From Candidatus Saccharimonadota bacterium (lineage in GTDB: Bacteria > Pseudomonadota > Gammaproteobacteria > Enterobacterales > Enterobacteriaceae): a stretch of 32,000 bases of DNA. The notes under the pieces are model-generated. The model saw nothing but the letters and a program-made list of their open reading frames with translations, did no database searches and was not told the DNA's origin. This document shows, piece by piece, positions 31,674 to 32,000 of this stretch (the first letter of the stretch is position 1; each line of letters begins with the position of its first letter). The stretch spans positions 240,001-272,000 of the forward strand of contig NZ_CP010048.1 in the NCBI RefSeq assembly GCF_000973505.1, in the 5' to 3' direction. The translations under genes and the position numbers were made by a program.

Positions 31674-32000
31674 ATGTTATATTGTAAATCAGGTCAGGAA
31701 GAATCATATGTTTCTTTAGTTCCGACTGTAATTGAGAGAACTATACAGGGGGATCGTGCTTACGATATTTTTTCACTGTTATTAAAAGAGCGTATTATTT
31801 TTGTCACTGGAAATATTGAAGATCAAATGGCTAATTTAATTGTTGCACAGATGATATTTTTAGAGTCTGAAAATGCTGAAAAAGATATTTATTTATATAT
31901 AAATTCTCCTGGGGGGGTAATAACGGCAGGAATGTCTATTTATGATACCATGCAATTCATTAAGCCAGATGTTAACACTTTTTGTATGGGACAAGCAATT
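31674..32000 (+). CDS. clpP: ATP-dependent Clp protease proteolytic subunit (5' part, runs off the window end)
   Basis: [65 protein letters not shown] is near-identical to E. coli ClpP. 109 codons are visible and still open at 32000. Confidence 0.96.
   Translation, partial: MLYCKSGQEESYVSLVPTVIERTIQGDRAYDIFSLLLKERIIFVTGNIEDQMANLIVAQMIFLESENAEKDIYLYINSPGGVITAGMSIYDTMQFIKPDVNTFCMGQAI

Overview
This is an AT-rich (roughly 70% A+T by eye), gene-dense chromosome segment from a genome-reduced, Enterobacterales-derived endosymbiont. Gene content and order look Blochmannia- or Buchnera-like, but the taxon cannot be named without a database search. On the + strand it carries the end of the S10 operon, then the spc and alpha ribosomal-protein operons (rpsQ to rplQ, including secY, rpmJ and rpoA, with rpmD absent). 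These are followed by fmt-def (-), tsaC-aroE (+), a solitary 5S rRNA gene (+), gloB (-), divergent rnhA/dnaQ, gmhA, tRNA-Thr(CGU), ahpC (-), tgt-yajC, nusB, pgpA, dxs (-), thiI, yajR (-), cyoEDCBA (-) and the 5' part of clpP. The order is collinear with the E. coli map, interrupted by many clean deletions. Standard code 11 applies: TGA is used as a stop in rpsN and cyoC, and TGG encodes Trp. I found no CRISPR array, transposase, integrase, phage gene, toxin-antitoxin pair or defence-like cluster, and no unassigned multi-gene block. Every other ORF on the track is a shadow ORF inside a recognisable gene or a 5' over-extension of one. I therefore do not find a novel system and treat this as an ordinary core region. 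The points most worth a second look are the 5S rRNA gene unlinked from 23S/16S with its own candidate promoter, the missing rpmD, a 0.9-kb featureless spacer where secDF would lie, and several smaller gene-decay and expression oddities. All homology statements rest on aligning the translations by eye to remembered E. coli K-12 sequences; no search was run.
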